Source of the DNA: an uncultured virus (IMG/VR IMGVR_UViG_3300021431_000088)
Lineage: Duplodnaviria > Heunggongvirae > Uroviricota > Caudoviricetes
DNA length: 64,000 bases
Virus record (IMG/VR): IMGVR_UViG_3300021431_000088
Direction: 5' to 3' (one strand)
The position numbers and the translations under genes are program-made. Shown here piece after piece: positions 21,652 to 33,813 of the stretch (the stretch's first letter is position 1; each line of letters begins with the position of its first letter). A model generated the notes under the pieces. The model was not told the origin of the DNA, searched no databases, and saw only the letters and a program-made list of their open reading frames with translations.

Positions 21652-22344
21652 TTACCTCGCATATATCCAGTATTCTGTGCCGGCCTTTATGTACCGATCT
21701 GTTTCGTATACGTTATACCTGAAGCCCGTGATCGTCTGCCCTTGTGCGAGCATCGAGCCGTGAAGCAGCTGCGTGACACCGGCGCCGCTGTACTGTCCCT
21801 GTTCTCCTCTCACAAATCCACCGATAACTGTTGCGCGGACGGTTGCATAAAACTTGTTCGCATCTGGCCGTGTGTAAAGCGTCTGCCCGCCAAGATTAAT
21901 CCTTGCGTTGCTTGTGCTTTCTGTATCTACCCACAAGCCTGCATTTGGCGTGCCTGCGTTTGGAGCTGTATCTGCCGCGTTGTTTATTCTTCCGTACATC
22001 ACGAGAAGAATGTCCTTATAGGCTATGTTCGAAAGCTGTATCACTTGCACATCTTCCGTAAGAGTCGCGTGCTCAATCAGCTCAAGGCCATCTCCCCCGC
22101 CGCCGCCCTGCACTGTCTGCCAGCTCCGGCCTCCCTGACCGTCCGTGGTCAGCACCTGCCCGGCTGTGCCCTCGGTGGCGGGTTCGTCCATCTTCCTGCT
22201 GACATCCACCAACCCGGCGATCTCCTGCTTGTCAGTCGCAGTCAACTCATAAGTAGGCCCTTCCACCGCCGTCAAACGCTACAATTCTTCTACAATCGCC
22301 TTACCTGTTTCGTCTAACATCGGAGGCTTGTTAATTGTAGCCAT
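21652..22344 (-). CDS. tail fibre-like protein, 230 aa, 1 TAG
   Basis: MATINKPPMLDETGKAIVEEL*RL matches neighbour MSTVTKPILLDETGQAILTQLRRI; GTAGQVLTTDG motif. Confidence 0.8.
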
Positions 22345-22374
22345 AAACATCCTCCTCCTTCAAATATATATTCA

Positions 22375-24309
22375 TTATAGATTCCACCATCCATCTTTCG
22401 GTGTCGCGGGAATTGTCGCCCGATACCAGTCAGGATCGCTGTCTGTACCAAGTGTTGTACCGTTTACCGAGATAATGATATAGCCATACGGAGATACACG
22501 AACCTTCATCGGAGGCCCACCCTTGGAGGACGGAACGTTCATGACAGTTTCCGTATCCATTGCCACGCCGAAGTGACCGATTGTGACTTCCGTGCCGTCC
22601 GCAGGAAGCTGTGTCTTCAGCGGGATATTAAAGTTCAGGTAGCCCGTATGATAGCCAGTTGCCCAAAACGAGTTGTTGCTATTCCAGTCAGTTGAGCTGA
22701 CATAGCTATTACTGTCATAGCTGCGGCTGATCCACTTTGGACCTAAGGGATTCAGCGGAGCGCTTCCCATATAATACATAGAGTCTCCGATCGGCGTGAT
22801 ATTCGAGATCTTCAACGTATAGCCCTGTGTGCAATTCGGCTTCAGACGTATGATGATATTCGGATAGTCATAGCCGATGCCGATAAAGTCATTGCCTGTG
22901 CTCCTGTTCGGCAGCGATACGGTTAGTCTCGTATTACCCGTAAAGGCAAAGCGGCTTGCTCTGCGGATGGCGATTGCGTTGGCCTGACTGGTTGTCAGAA
23001 TCATCGTCGCGCCATCGGTGTCCGTATGGATGCTAAAGTAGCCAGCTCTGATTGTAATATCAATGGCCTGATATGTTGCGCCACCTTTGATATTAAGCTG
23101 GATATTATCACTCATATAGATATGATAGTTGTCTACTACGTTTGTATTTTCGGGAATAACAATCTCCGAATAGTTGGTGCGCAGGAAGCGAACCACCATT
23201 TGATTTAGTGTCCGAAGCTCAGCGCCGCCCAGAGAGAATCTCGCCTGAGATTCAGCAGAAAGCAGAAGCGAACCTTCATTGTAGTTGTGAAGGCCGTTAG
23301 GATACAGCGGCGTATAAGGCGCGGTTTCTCCCACAGGGAACTCCACGACGAAAGCATTATTGACTTCCGCGTTCAGCGGCGCGAATGTCAAACCAACCAG
23401 ATGCTTATCGCTTGTGAACTCAAAGCCTTCGATTTCGCCCTGATAGTATTTGGCTGCGCTGTCGATATTTGCCATTGCCCAGCCAGTCTGCGCCTTCATA
23501 CCACTGATCAGACCCGTAGCGATTACACCAAACTCGGAGGACAGATAGAATCTGCCGTTGCATACAGCGAAGTCCTGTCCGAAGCCTCTGGTTCCGCTTG
23601 CGCGAGGGTCGATATCAATGCCTGTCAGATCAAGTGTTCCGACCTGTGTCCAAGCGTCATTTTCGCGCACGAAGATCAGATGATCCCATGTCTTGTAATA
23701 AAGCTTTTCAGCCACAGGATCATAGGAAATCGCGCTTGCGGTATAGACACTTGATGTTTCATCACGATAAGTATTTACTTGAGTTGGTTGAAGTACACGC
23801 GCCGTTACCGAACCACTATCGGTCGTGAAGGTTTCCTCCGCGCTTGTTAAATTATTTAAATCGTATACATAGAAATATCCTGCGTCTGCTTCTGTGCCAG
23901 CGGTGCTGGTATCGAAGAACGGCGCAATCCAGATCATGCCCGTGTTAGGCACATACGCGCAGGAGTTCGCGTGACCGAGATGAGCATACTGCACGGTGTT
24001 TCCATCCTTGTCCTGTATGCCAACCTCCGCGTTGATCGTACCATCATTGGTGAACTTGCGAACGATACCAATATCGCTTCCACGGGTAACTGCCTTCTGC
24101 CTTTCAAGAGCATTGAAAGTATAATAATCATCGCCAAGCTTCAAGCAGGAGGAAGCAAGATATTCCGCAGAGCAAAGATAGTCGCCCAAATAGATGGGCA
24201 TCATGGTCGTATCGGCAATCTTGCCTTCCACGCTGTTGATGCGGCGAAGCTGGGTCAGAATCGCCTGACCCGTTTCGTCCAGTAATATAGGTTTGGTGAC
24301 TGTGCTCAT
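22375..24309 (-). CDS. putative receptor-binding protein (beta-propeller-like, 644 aa), no TAG
   Basis: Long ORF; LGHANSCAY and GEIEG motifs seen in Gram-positive phage RBPs. Confidence 0.8.
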   Translation of the reverse strand: MSTVTKPILLDETGQAILTQLRRINSVEGKIADTTMMPIYLGDYLCSAEYLASSCLKLGDDYYTFNALERQKAVTRGSDIGIVRKFTNDGTINAEVGIQDKDGNTVQYAHLGHANSCAYVPNTGMIWIAPFFDTSTAGTEADAGYFYVYDLNNLTSAEETFTTDSGSVTARVLQPTQVNTYRDETSSVYTASAISYDPVAEKLYYKTWDHLIFVRENDAWTQVGTLDLTGIDIDPRASGTRGFGQDFAVCNGRFYLSSEFGVIATGLISGMKAQTGWAMANIDSAAKYYQGEIEGFEFTSDKHLVGLTFAPLNAEVNNAFVVEFPVGETAPYTPLYPNGLHNYNEGSLLLSAESQARFSLGGAELRTLNQMVVRFLRTNYSEIVIPENTNVVDNYHIYMSDNIQLNIKGGATYQAIDITIRAGYFSIHTDTDGATMILTTSQANAIAIRRASRFAFTGNTRLTVSLPNRSTGNDFIGIGYDYPNIIIRLKPNCTQGYTLKISNITPIGDSMYYMGSAPLNPLGPKWISRSYDSNSYVSSTDWNSNNSFWATGYHTGYLNFNIPLKTQLPADGTEVTIGHFGVAMDTETVMNVPSSKGGPPMKVRVSPYGYIIISVNGTTLGTDSDPDWYRATIPATPKDGWWNL

Positions 24310-27300
24310 GCACTCACCTCCTCATAAGTTATACAAAGTTGTCCATTAACTACGGACAGACCAGTTTGAGATATGCCGAGCATGTTTTGGATGGCTGCTT
24401 GGGCTTCGGGTGTGTATGTACCGACCGCGTTACTGCTTTGGCTTTGGGTAATATCGCCTGCGGCTTTGGCGAGGCCGTAGAAGGCGGCTTGATGTTGAAA
24501 ACCCGGAGTGATTGCATTGTATGTGCTCGTCGCGCTTTTGATTGTGTATGTTCCTGCATAATCAATGCGCAATGCGCCGGTAGTGCTATTAATTAATATC
24601 CCGGACTGAGAACCGTTTGAAACAAGTCCCAACGTGCCTGACCCTGCAATCGGTATATTCGCCACGCCGTTCGTCAGCACACTTGTGCCATTAACTTGAA
24701 CATCCGTAACGGTTCCACCAGCATGATCATCCACATACTTTTTAGTTGCGGCATCATTGTTATCAACTGGCGCGCCAAGGTTCTTGATAGGTAGATTTCC
24801 AGCAGAGTAATTAGCGGGCCGTTGTGAAGCTCCCATACTCATGGCCATTATATTAAGAACCATACTTGATTGCCACGTATCAGTACCTTGTTGAGACATA
24901 CCAGTAATCCATATCTATATCTCACCCATGTCAAACTTACCAATTATCATGCGCGCTAGAGTTGATATATTGATATTAGTTAAAGGCGCATGAGCCGTTA
25001 CACCGGCACCCGTTTGACTAGCTAACGTTAAATCTCCATAAACACTCTTTCCCGCCTCAAATGCCGCATAAATATCATCTATAGATGTATCACTTGTTAC
25101 TACATCTTGTGTATCTACATTAAGAGTAACTACTAATATATCGCTAACATCTTTCAACGAGGACACATTGAACTCATTCGCAGTTCCCTTGAACAGCGTC
25201 ATATCTCCTTGAAGTGCCATATCACCATTCCATTTGAGCTCCATAGCATTGGAACGAGTGGTTGCGTTGCCGTTACCAATTACAAAAGCAGTATCAGAAT
25301 TAGAGGGAAGTTCCTTCCAGTTTGAGGCTGTCCAGGCGGCATCGCTATTTTCTGTAATACATTCATAGCCAACACCGTTATTGTTCACTTTGTCTCCAAC
25401 TTTATAAGTTGTACTTGCAGTCCAATTAGGATAAATCGTCATAGTTTCATTGAAACGGCCACCAGCGTGAGAGGATGAAGCGTTAGCAATCGTGCTATTA
25501 CCTTCTGCGTGAGACATAGTTCCACTTGCTGTAGTCGCATTGCCTTCTGCATGAGACATAACTCCAGTAGCATGAGTCATATATCCTTCAGCATGTGTCA
25601 TTACATTGGTGGCTTCAGTGCTAAGACCCTCTGCGTGCGCAGCCATATCACCTGCGGTTGTGTTTTGTCCTTCTGCGTGAGAGGCTGAGCCATTTGCATG
25701 AGTCATATTTCCTTCCGCATGAGAATACATACCTTGCGCGGTAGTGGCTGTACCTTCTGCATGAGCAGTATAACCACTTGCGGTTGAACCGTTACCTTCG
25801 GCATGAGATGGACTACCAGAAGCCCTAACCCCCATACCTTCAGCATGAGAACCGACGCCACTTGCAGTAGCACCACCACTACCTTCAGCATGAGAGTACA
25901 TGGCTGTGGCATAAGAGCCACATCCTTCAATGTGTGAATAGTCTCCAGACGCGATGCCGCCTTGTCCAGCAGCATAAGCACCAGCGCCAGTCGCGGAAGC
26001 CATATGTCCTTGAATGAGGCTTCCGTCCCATTTGATCGTTAAGGCGTTTTTACGCGCGTTCTCGCTTTCACCGTTACCTATCGCCATAGCGACAGGAGAA
26101 TTGGTAGGAAGCTGATCCCACTTGGAAGCTGTAAAGTTCTCATCGGTATTCGCGGTCTTACACTTATAGCCTACATAGGAATAGAGTACACAGTCTCCAA
26201 CCTTGTATTCCGTGCCAGATACCCAGTCAGGATACAAGTCCATCTTATTGTATCTGCCGCTTGCGTGTGAGTCTCTGCCGGGAGCAATTGTGTAAAAGCC
26301 TTCAGCGTGAGCATTTGCGCCGCTTGCTTTCGTCTGGAAGCCTTCCGCATGAGAATAATATCCCGATGCTTCAGTGTAGTTTCCTTCCGCATGACTCGCT
26401 TCACTGGTTGCTTTTGTGTAGTAGCCTTCAGCATGAGCGTCAGGCGCAGCAGCGAGTGTTGTATAGCCTTCCGCATGGGCATATAAGGCAGTTGCCTGAG
26501 TTTCACGTCCTTCTGCATGGCTATAATGGCCTCCCGCAACAGTCCTGTCGCCTTCAGCATGAGAATGTTCTCCTGCCGCTGTTGTGCGATAACCTTCCGC
26601 ATGACTGTATTCTGCTGTTGCTTGACTGTTGCTGCCCTCGGCATGAGACCCTTCACCAGTCGCGGCAGTATAATAACCTTCGGCATGGGCTCTATATCCG
26701 GCAGTTGTATAGCCGCCTTCAGCATGTGCTGCTTGGTAATTTGCGTTAGTGCCATCGCCTTCAGCGTGAGAGTACTCACCTTTGGCGTTTGTGTTATTTC
26801 CTTCCGCATGAGCCGCACTCTTGGTAGCATGGGTATTATTACCTTCCGCATGAGAGCCATTTTGCGTTGCTTCGGTGCTTTGTCCTTCTGCGTAAGCAGC
26901 ATACCCGCTTGCTTTTGTGTTCTCGCCAGTTGCAAAAGAATAATACCCGCTTGCTTCCACGGAAGAACCAAGCGCAGTGCTTCCGTAGCCAACAGTCGTG
27001 CCAGTTTTGCGTCCCATACTCAACGTAGTATTTAATACAGTATCTGTCTTTAACGCATAATTACTCAAATCAACTTGGGTATTTCCAATCTTTTCCCAAG
27101 CATTGTTAATATATATGTATTCATCGTATGAATCCGATGTGTCCCCTGTTTTCGGGACAAAATAAATAGTATGTGTTTGTATATCTTGCTCAGGCAACTA
27201 TTCAACAACTAATACCTCAAAAGACTGTACTCCTCCTATTGCTTCTGCTATCATAGAAGCAACTTCTGTACTAGTAGTTGCGCCAACTTCAGACGCCGTA

Positions 27301-29600
27301 TAACTAGGTTTGTTAGCGGTTTTCGCCCAAGCAGGTACAGTGGGGTCGGTTTCGGTATAACTGGTAATGTAGCCTGCGTCATTTATTAATTGTGAAACTT
27401 TTTTTGGAATCTTATCATCTACATATTTTTTGGTAGTGGCATCATCCGCAATCTTAGGAGTCCCCAAGTTTGTTATGCGCATCTAACCAGCATTTGCCTA
27501 TGTTGGATTTTCCATAAGAGATGTTGATGCTCCGATCAACGGTCGCATATTACGAACTTCCCACTCAGATTGTCCTCCTAGACTCTGCCCTATAATCCAT
27601 ATAATAAAGTCTCCAGCAGAAAACTCTGCTAAAACCATACCAAAGAGGCCCGTTTGTCCACCCATAGAAACCTCTTGACTAACAACTTTTATTGTGCCAA
27701 TAAGGTCTAGCGCACTTGATGCATTTGTTAAAGTCGCATGGCCATAAACAGGTTTCCCTGCCCCATAGGCGTTAATAATGTCATCAACTTCAGTAGTGGT
27801 CGTAATGGCACTTGTCACCATATCTATATTAAACTCTGCTACCATCGCGCCCATTTCTTTCAATGAAGAAACAGTAAACTCATCTGCGGTTCCCTTAAAT
27901 AATGTTAAGTCGCCTTGAATTGCTAAATTGCCTTGCTGCCCCAATTCTAAAGCATTAGAACGATTATTTTCACTTGTACCATTACCTATAATAAAGATAT
28001 TATCGACTGAACTGGGCAATTCTTTCCAATGCTCTTCCGTCCAGCGAGTATCGGTATTATCAACAATACACTCAAAACCAGTACCATATTGAAATACCTT
28101 ATCTCCTACAACATACGATGTTCCCGCAGTCCAAGCGGTATATGGCACTGAAGCTACATTATAATTTCCAGATACATGGGCACCGCGGCCGTTAGCAATA
28201 GTATAATAGCCTTCTGCGTGAGAAGCATATCCATTTGCTGTAGTATGATAACCTTCAGTATGCGAGCTTCCGCCTTGCGCAGTAGTTGTATCTCCTTCTG
28301 CGTGATCATTACTATTCGCGGCTACAGTATAGCTACCTTCAGCATGAGAGCTTGTGTTTGCGGCAGTAGTTTCATATCCTTCAGCATGAGCATTGTGTCC
28401 CACAGCCTTTGTGAGATTACCTTCTGCGTGTGAAGCTTCGCCACTAGCAAGTGTTGTATATCCTTCAGCATGGGCATATTCATTTACCGCCTAAGTAAAC
28501 TCACCTTCAGCATGTGTTCCTTCTTCTGTGGCGGTTGTTCTATAGCCTTCTGCGTGCGCGCCTGTACCATTCTGAGTAACAATCGTATCATATCCTTCGG
28601 CATGAGAACCAAGCGCATACGCCTTACTATCTCTACCTTCTGCGTGAGAAGCACTTCCTGCGGCAACGGTATAAAATCCTTCAGAATGGGCCTCACTACC
28701 TGATGCGGTGGTTTGCTGTCCTTCTGCGTGTGAGTATTCTCCAGTTGCGCGCCCATTATATCCTTCGACGTGTGAGTTTGCGGCAGTAGCCTGTCCATAC
28801 GCCCCTTCAGCATGAGCATATGCTCCGGATGCTACAGTCTCATTTCCTTCAGCGTGAGACGCAAGGCTAGATGCGGTAGTATGTTGACCTTCTGCGGACG
28901 CATAATTACCACTAGCGATTGACATATTACCAACTGCCTGAGAGTAAAAACCACTTGCTTCTACATCTAAACCGAAGGCTACGCTACCTACGCCAGTTGT
29001 TGTTTCATCTTTCCGACCTCGGCTTAGGGTAGTATAAAGTAAAGTATCTGTCTTATCAGCCTTATTGTTTAGGTCTTGTTGAATTGAAGCTGCGGCTTCA
29101 GCGGCATCCGCGGCAGCATCGGTAGCTATGTCTGCTTGTTCAGTAGTATCTTTTTTAATTTGCTCCATTTCCGCAATTGCTTCTTCAACATATTTTATTT
29201 GGCCCGGCCGTAAGGTTGAATCTGGCGCATCATCTGCCATTAGTAAGTTATCACCAGTTTCTCTAATTTCGCAGACTGGTAAACTAAAAGCGGCATAATA
29301 AGAATTAACTTCAGTGCCACCTGTTAAAACGCCATTTGTAAATTGCGCATTTGAATAAAACTTAATATCCCATCTATATTCTCCAACTGGTAAGTTCACA
29401 GTGTCTTCATGCGAAAAATCATAAGTTAACATTCCGTCAGATAAAGTCATCTGTGCTTCAAATACTTTTCGATGTAAAAGACAATTAAAAATAGTGAAAA
29501 TTGCAGCATTTGCACCATTTTCTGTTGGTAACATCGGTATAGAAAGCTTCCCAGTATCGCCGCGAGGGATAATCAATCTTCTTTGAATTAGTCTAATCAT
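24306..29600 (-). CDS. giant tail fibre/adhesin, 1764 aa, 5 in-frame TAG; BppU-like N-terminus, dozens of HAEG repeats, CBM-like modules
   Basis: Five ORFs in one frame separated only by TAG; 14-aa A.G..SHAEG..T repeats continue across the TAG at 28491. Confidence 0.88.
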
Positions 29601-29614
29601 TTAATCACCCTCTT

Positions 29615-29974
29615 TTACCAACGTTTTGAAGCCAAGGTAATTTCGCATTCAGGCAACTTATAACCTGCATAATACGAATGAACTTCATCTCCGTCTACTA
29701 ATAATCCTGTATCATCATGTACAGGATTTACATATATCTTAATATCCCAATAATAGCGCCCGAGCGGCAAATCGCGCGTATCTTCATGAGAAAACTTTAT
29801 TGTTATAGTATTATCTTTATTAATTTCAAACTCATGTGTCCAAATGCGGCGCTAATTATTAAAGATAGAAAAAACCGCGATTGAGTTATCTTTATTCATA
29901 AGAGCGGGGACAGTGAAAGAACCTGTGTCACCGCGCGGAATAACTAAACGACGTTGTGGTGTAAATCTAATCAT
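29615..29974 (-). CDS. stand-alone paralog of the N-terminal domain of the giant fibre (119 aa, 1 TAG)
   Basis: QRRLVIPRGDTG...FSHEDT..LP.G.Y.WDIK...EV.SYYA...LP.CEI shared with the 29600 gene. Confidence 0.8.
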
Positions 29975-30105
29975 CTGTCCCACCTACTTAATTTAATAAT
30001 TTTATATAAGCTTGGCTATACGTCTAATGGATTATCTAGTCTCTTAATTTTTAAGTGAAAAATAAGGGAAGCACTAATTATATAATTTTTTAGGGCATAA
30101 AAAAT

Positions 30106-30128
30106 AAGTGCTCTTTTCAGAGCACTTA
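30106..30128 (-). terminator. rho-independent terminator
   Basis: ATAAGTGCTC/GAGCACTTAT hairpin with U-tract on the minus strand. Confidence 0.7.
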
Positions 30129-30131
30129 TCA

Positions 30132-30311
30132 TTATTCAGAATCCGTGGTTGATTCAACCTGTTCGTCTATGGGAACTTCACCATACTTTCTGCCGCATTT
30201 CGGGCAGTATTCACATTCTCTTAGATTATTTGCCGCGTCGAAGAAAAGAAATGGAGTTTTATCTTGCTTTTTGCGGCTGTCCCAACAGTAAAAACATCCA
30301 AAATCGTTCAT
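30132..30311 (-). CDS. small zinc-ribbon protein (59 aa)
   Basis: CFYC...CEYCPKCG. Confidence 0.7.
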   Translation of the reverse strand: MNDFGCFYCWDSRKKQDKTPFLFFDAANNLRECEYCPKCGRKYGEVPIDEQVESTTDSE

Positions 30312-30632
30312 TTATTCACCTTCAACTGCGCGCTGGTCTAAGTTTAACTGTTCTACCTGCGCTTCAATAGCTGCGCGAATTACATCCTCATCGAAGGTTA
30401 AACCTTTCTTTGCTAGTAAATCCTTTGCCAACTTTAAAGCATAGGCAAGTTTATCAGGCCCCATCTTCGCGCCGAAAATCTTTTCAGCCGCAAATACAAC
30501 GGTCTGGGCAATACCAGCTAAAATTGATAGCTGTTCAGAAGAAACATGAGTCTTGATATAGGGCCATGCGATTAGCGCGAATAAGCCGCCTAGTACAAGA
30601 ATTAAGCCTAGTAAAATCTGAGTAATATTCAT
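30312..30632 (-). CDS. holin (LL-H-like), no TAG
   Basis: N-terminal TM helix; V.AAE...G..K...IEA.V motif; next to endolysin. Confidence 0.8.
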   Translation of the reverse strand: MNITQILLGLILVLGGLFALIAWPYIKTHVSSEQLSILAGIAQTVVFAAEKIFGAKMGPDKLAYALKLAKDLLAKKGLTFDEDVIRAAIEAQVEQLNLDQRAVEGE

Positions 30633-30664
30633 ATAATATTACCTCCTATTTTTCTTTTATTATA

Positions 30665-31459
30665 TCACACTTTATTATCAATTGTCAAATATTTGGACAT
30701 CATATATCCTGTTTTTCCCTTATATTTTACCTAAGTCCAGTTTGGGTCATCTAACAGTTGAACTTGCTCTCCCTTATCTATTCTTAGGAGAACTGTATTT
30801 GAGGTTGAAGGGCCGGAGCGTAAAGCTACTCTCACATCATTTACGGTTGCGGTATGACCAGTAGGTGTCGGGGCGGGTGCAGGTGCAGGCGTGGGTTTTA
30901 CACTACTGCTGTAATCCACGCCCTTTAATTCGCCCCATTCATACCACTTGGAATTGGTAATTTTAGTTGTAATTACGCCTGATTGGGTACCACTTGCTTC
31001 AATTACTGTCCCATTACCAATATAAAGTCCCACATGAGAACGATCGGATTCTCCTTTTAAGACGAATACTGCGGTTCCGGGCTTAAGTTCTTGTCCGTCC
31101 GTGCGCTTTCCCTTGGAGAGTTTGCCTTTGGAGACACAATACTTATTCCACATGGTATTAGAACCATGATACATATAACCACCAAGCTCTTTAAAGGCCC
31201 AATAGAAAAGGCCCGAACAGTCAGTCACCCAATGCCCAATCCATTTCGAGCCATAATATGCGGCTTGATAATATGTATCTTTCTTTGCTTTATCATTTCC
31301 GCGCCAATCGGAACCATATTTGTTTTTCATAGTACGTACTACTTCTTCTTGCTAAGCTTCCGTCCACATTGTATGCCATTTGTTTATAATATAGCCCCAA
31401 TTGTTATCAAGCGCATATTGAAACTTCGCAATTAAATCAGCCGTTTTCACTGTCGCCAT
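30665..31459 (-). CDS. endolysin: NlpC/P60 peptidase plus SH3b, 264 aa, 2 in-frame TAG
   Basis: DCSGL, HVGLYIGNG..IEA, PT/PA linker, LRSGPST...WT*VKYKGKTGYMMSKYL. Confidence 0.88.
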
Positions 31460-31769
31460 CTTCTGTCACCTCCTTGGTAGGAGTTAGATGGTTTATGAGA
31501 TGCTGAAAGCCGCCTTTGTCTAGCCATTTTAAAGTAAACTTATCACTATAAATCATTTTTTCTCCTAAAGAATTAACTAAATAAGTTGAAACATTTACTA
31601 ACATTATTGTATCCATCCCGGTAGTTGTGGTAACTAATGCGGTAGCGGTCGCGGGCGCAATTGCCGCAACTATCAGGACGGAAAAACGATAAATTGCCCA
31701 TACCCAACAAATAAAACGGCTAAGCCGCTTACTGTATTGGAGGGCAGCAGCTGCAATTTTATTGGACAT
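31437..31769 (-). CDS. membrane protein in lysis cassette (110 aa)
   Basis: Hydrophobic segments; overlaps endolysin start. Confidence 0.7.
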   Translation of the reverse strand: MSNKIAAAALQYSKRLSRFICWVWAIYRFSVLIVAAIAPATATALVTTTTGMDTIMLVNVSTYLVNSLGEKMIYSDKFTLKWLDKGGFQHLINHLTPTKEVTEDGDSENG

Positions 31770-31786
31770 GGTTTATCACCTCGATA

Positions 31787-33346
31787 TTATGTTGTTGGAG
31801 TAGTAATAACGTCTCCTGCGCTTTCTTCAATAATTTCTGACGCATAACTAGAAGTCCCATAATCTTCAAAATGAGCTGTAGACTTTATGTCATTTTGGGT
31901 TGCGGAAAAAACATTGTTAATACCAATTATATTATAATAAGAAGCCTATATACCATAAGTATTCTTATGAAGGATATTATTATTCATAATAAGAGACGGC
32001 AAGGAAGTTTCATTGGTATAATGTGGAGTTGGACTTTGTGCTTCAACGCCATGAGGATTGCCATGTATATACGCGTTGTTAATTTCAGAATAACAGAAAT
32101 TATGCGCGGCAACTCCGCCGCCATTATTGGATTCATTATCATAAAACTCGCCACCATGAATATGCATCTGTCCAAACATATGGCAACTTACGCCATCGTC
32201 AAAATTATTATAGGCTTTACAATTAAATAGAGTTAAGTTATTAATTGGGCGAGTATAAGTAACTAGCTTACAATTTGATAGTGTTAATTCTATAATTCCT
32301 AAACTCTCACCAGTAGGACTTTGTGCGCCCATAATCTCTACTATTATTTTCTATCGTGAAGCTTCTGAAACCTTTACCTAGCTATCAGTTAACTAAAATA
32401 AACAGTAATAATTTCCAGTTAGAGGTGAATTAGGAAGAACCTAAATCCATTGGTATCCCTGAGCCTTATCTGAAAACTCAATTCTATTATTAAAGAAAGA
32501 ATTATTACTTTTAATCTCATAATTTGCTATTTTAGGTCTTAACTATCTCACATTTATAGGTTTATTATTACCAGCACTAATAGTCCAATCAAAAGAAAGT
32601 ATATAAGTTTGCTAAGTATCGGCAGATAAGGTATAAGTTGTTTCATCTGTTAAAAGTTTTAATGGCATAATTACATTAAGGCTAGATGACGTACCTCTTT
32701 GTTTAGAAATCTCAGTATTTGCTAATAAATTATCACTTGTACTACCTTCTGTTCCATTAAAGCCATCATTTTTATTATTATAGCTTTCACAATGATAAAA
32801 GATTACATCGCTATTAACATTAGTAAAACCGTTTCTATAATTATTATAAGCAATACAGTCTGTATAAGTGCCGGTACTTCTTCGCGCGTAGAAGCCTGAA
32901 CCACCATTACCTTGTCCAACACCAGGAGTACCTTGCGCATCGTAGTTATCTGCGGCAATAATATGATCAAACTCAAACTCACAATTATCAAGTAAGAAAA
33001 CGCCCATAGTACGTATCTATGTAAAAGTAGCATATCCATTTTGGCAACTAATCTTTACTTTTCTATTAGATAAATGGATAAAATCATTATATAAGCCTGG
33101 CTCACAAATAACTGTAGTAGTAGCAGGATTAGAAAAGGCTTTTGTTAAAGTAAGATAGGGAGATTCTTTTGTACCTAGATTATCATCGCTTCCTTGCGGA
33201 GACATGTAAACTGTAAATATTTTTACAAAATCTTCATTTATAAGATAAGTAATATTATTTTCAATCGCATTCATTTTCTCCGCAGTAATAGCTTCATTAT
33301 CTTCCCACTATCCCCACGTATGTTCATGTATAGTTGGATTACTCAT
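31787..33346 (-). CDS. right-handed beta-helix (pectin-lyase-like) protein, 519 aa, TAG read-through
   Basis: GSDDNLGTKESPYLTL.KA, C.AYNN..DG repeats; three ORFs in one frame. Confidence 0.8.
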
Positions 33347-33396
33347 CCCTCATACCTCCTTTATAGAAGTATAAAAAAAAGAGCGGCTTTTGCCGC

Positions 33397-33813
33397 TCAT
33401 AGAATCTTTTCAATAGCATAACCATTTTCAGTTGTATAAACGATAGTGCCAATTTTCAATGCCTTTGCGGCCGCGAAGCACGAAGGACAGCATCTAGCCA
33501 TCGCAAATGCTCCGTTGCTATGCTCCCTATACACATAGAGAGTTACTTTTGAAAAATCAATATCCAAATACTTAATCTTAGTTAAGCACATTTGCTCTGC
33601 GTGCATCTTATGCGGGAAATCTTTTTCTTTACAGGTAAAACGATAATGGTTAAAGCGCATCTGGTCAGTATGCGTTCGCTCCGTATTCCATCCCTTAGCC
33701 AAAATCGTTCCTTTGTAAACAGCAATACATCCCACCTGCACGCGTTTATGAATACTATAATTTGAATGTTCACTACAATGTTTAGCCAACTTCAAAAAAT
33801 GTTTATGATTCAT
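33397..33813 (-). CDS. cytidine/dCMP deaminase-family zinc protein
   Basis: VGC...G.N, HAE, CCPSC motifs. Confidence 0.85.
   Translation of the reverse strand: MNHKHFLKLAKHCSEHSNYSIHKRVQVGCIAVYKGTILAKGWNTERTHTDQMRFNHYRFTCKEKDFPHKMHAEQMCLTKIKYLDIDFSKVTLYVYREHSNGAFAMARCCPSCFAAAKALKIGTIVYTTENGYAIEKIL

Noticed and set aside
21563..28819. Plus-strand and alternate-frame ORFs over the fibre genes
   Set aside because: Shadow ORFs produced by repetitive, GC-richer coding on the minus strand.
24306..29600. Diversity-generating retroelement acting on the fibre genes
   Set aside because: No reverse transcriptase and no template/variable repeat pair differing only at adenines was seen in this window.
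9308..33346. Fragmented tail genes as pseudogenes or sequencing errors
   Set aside because: Every break checked is an in-frame TAG with no frameshift, TAA or TGA, and a CUA tRNA is present.
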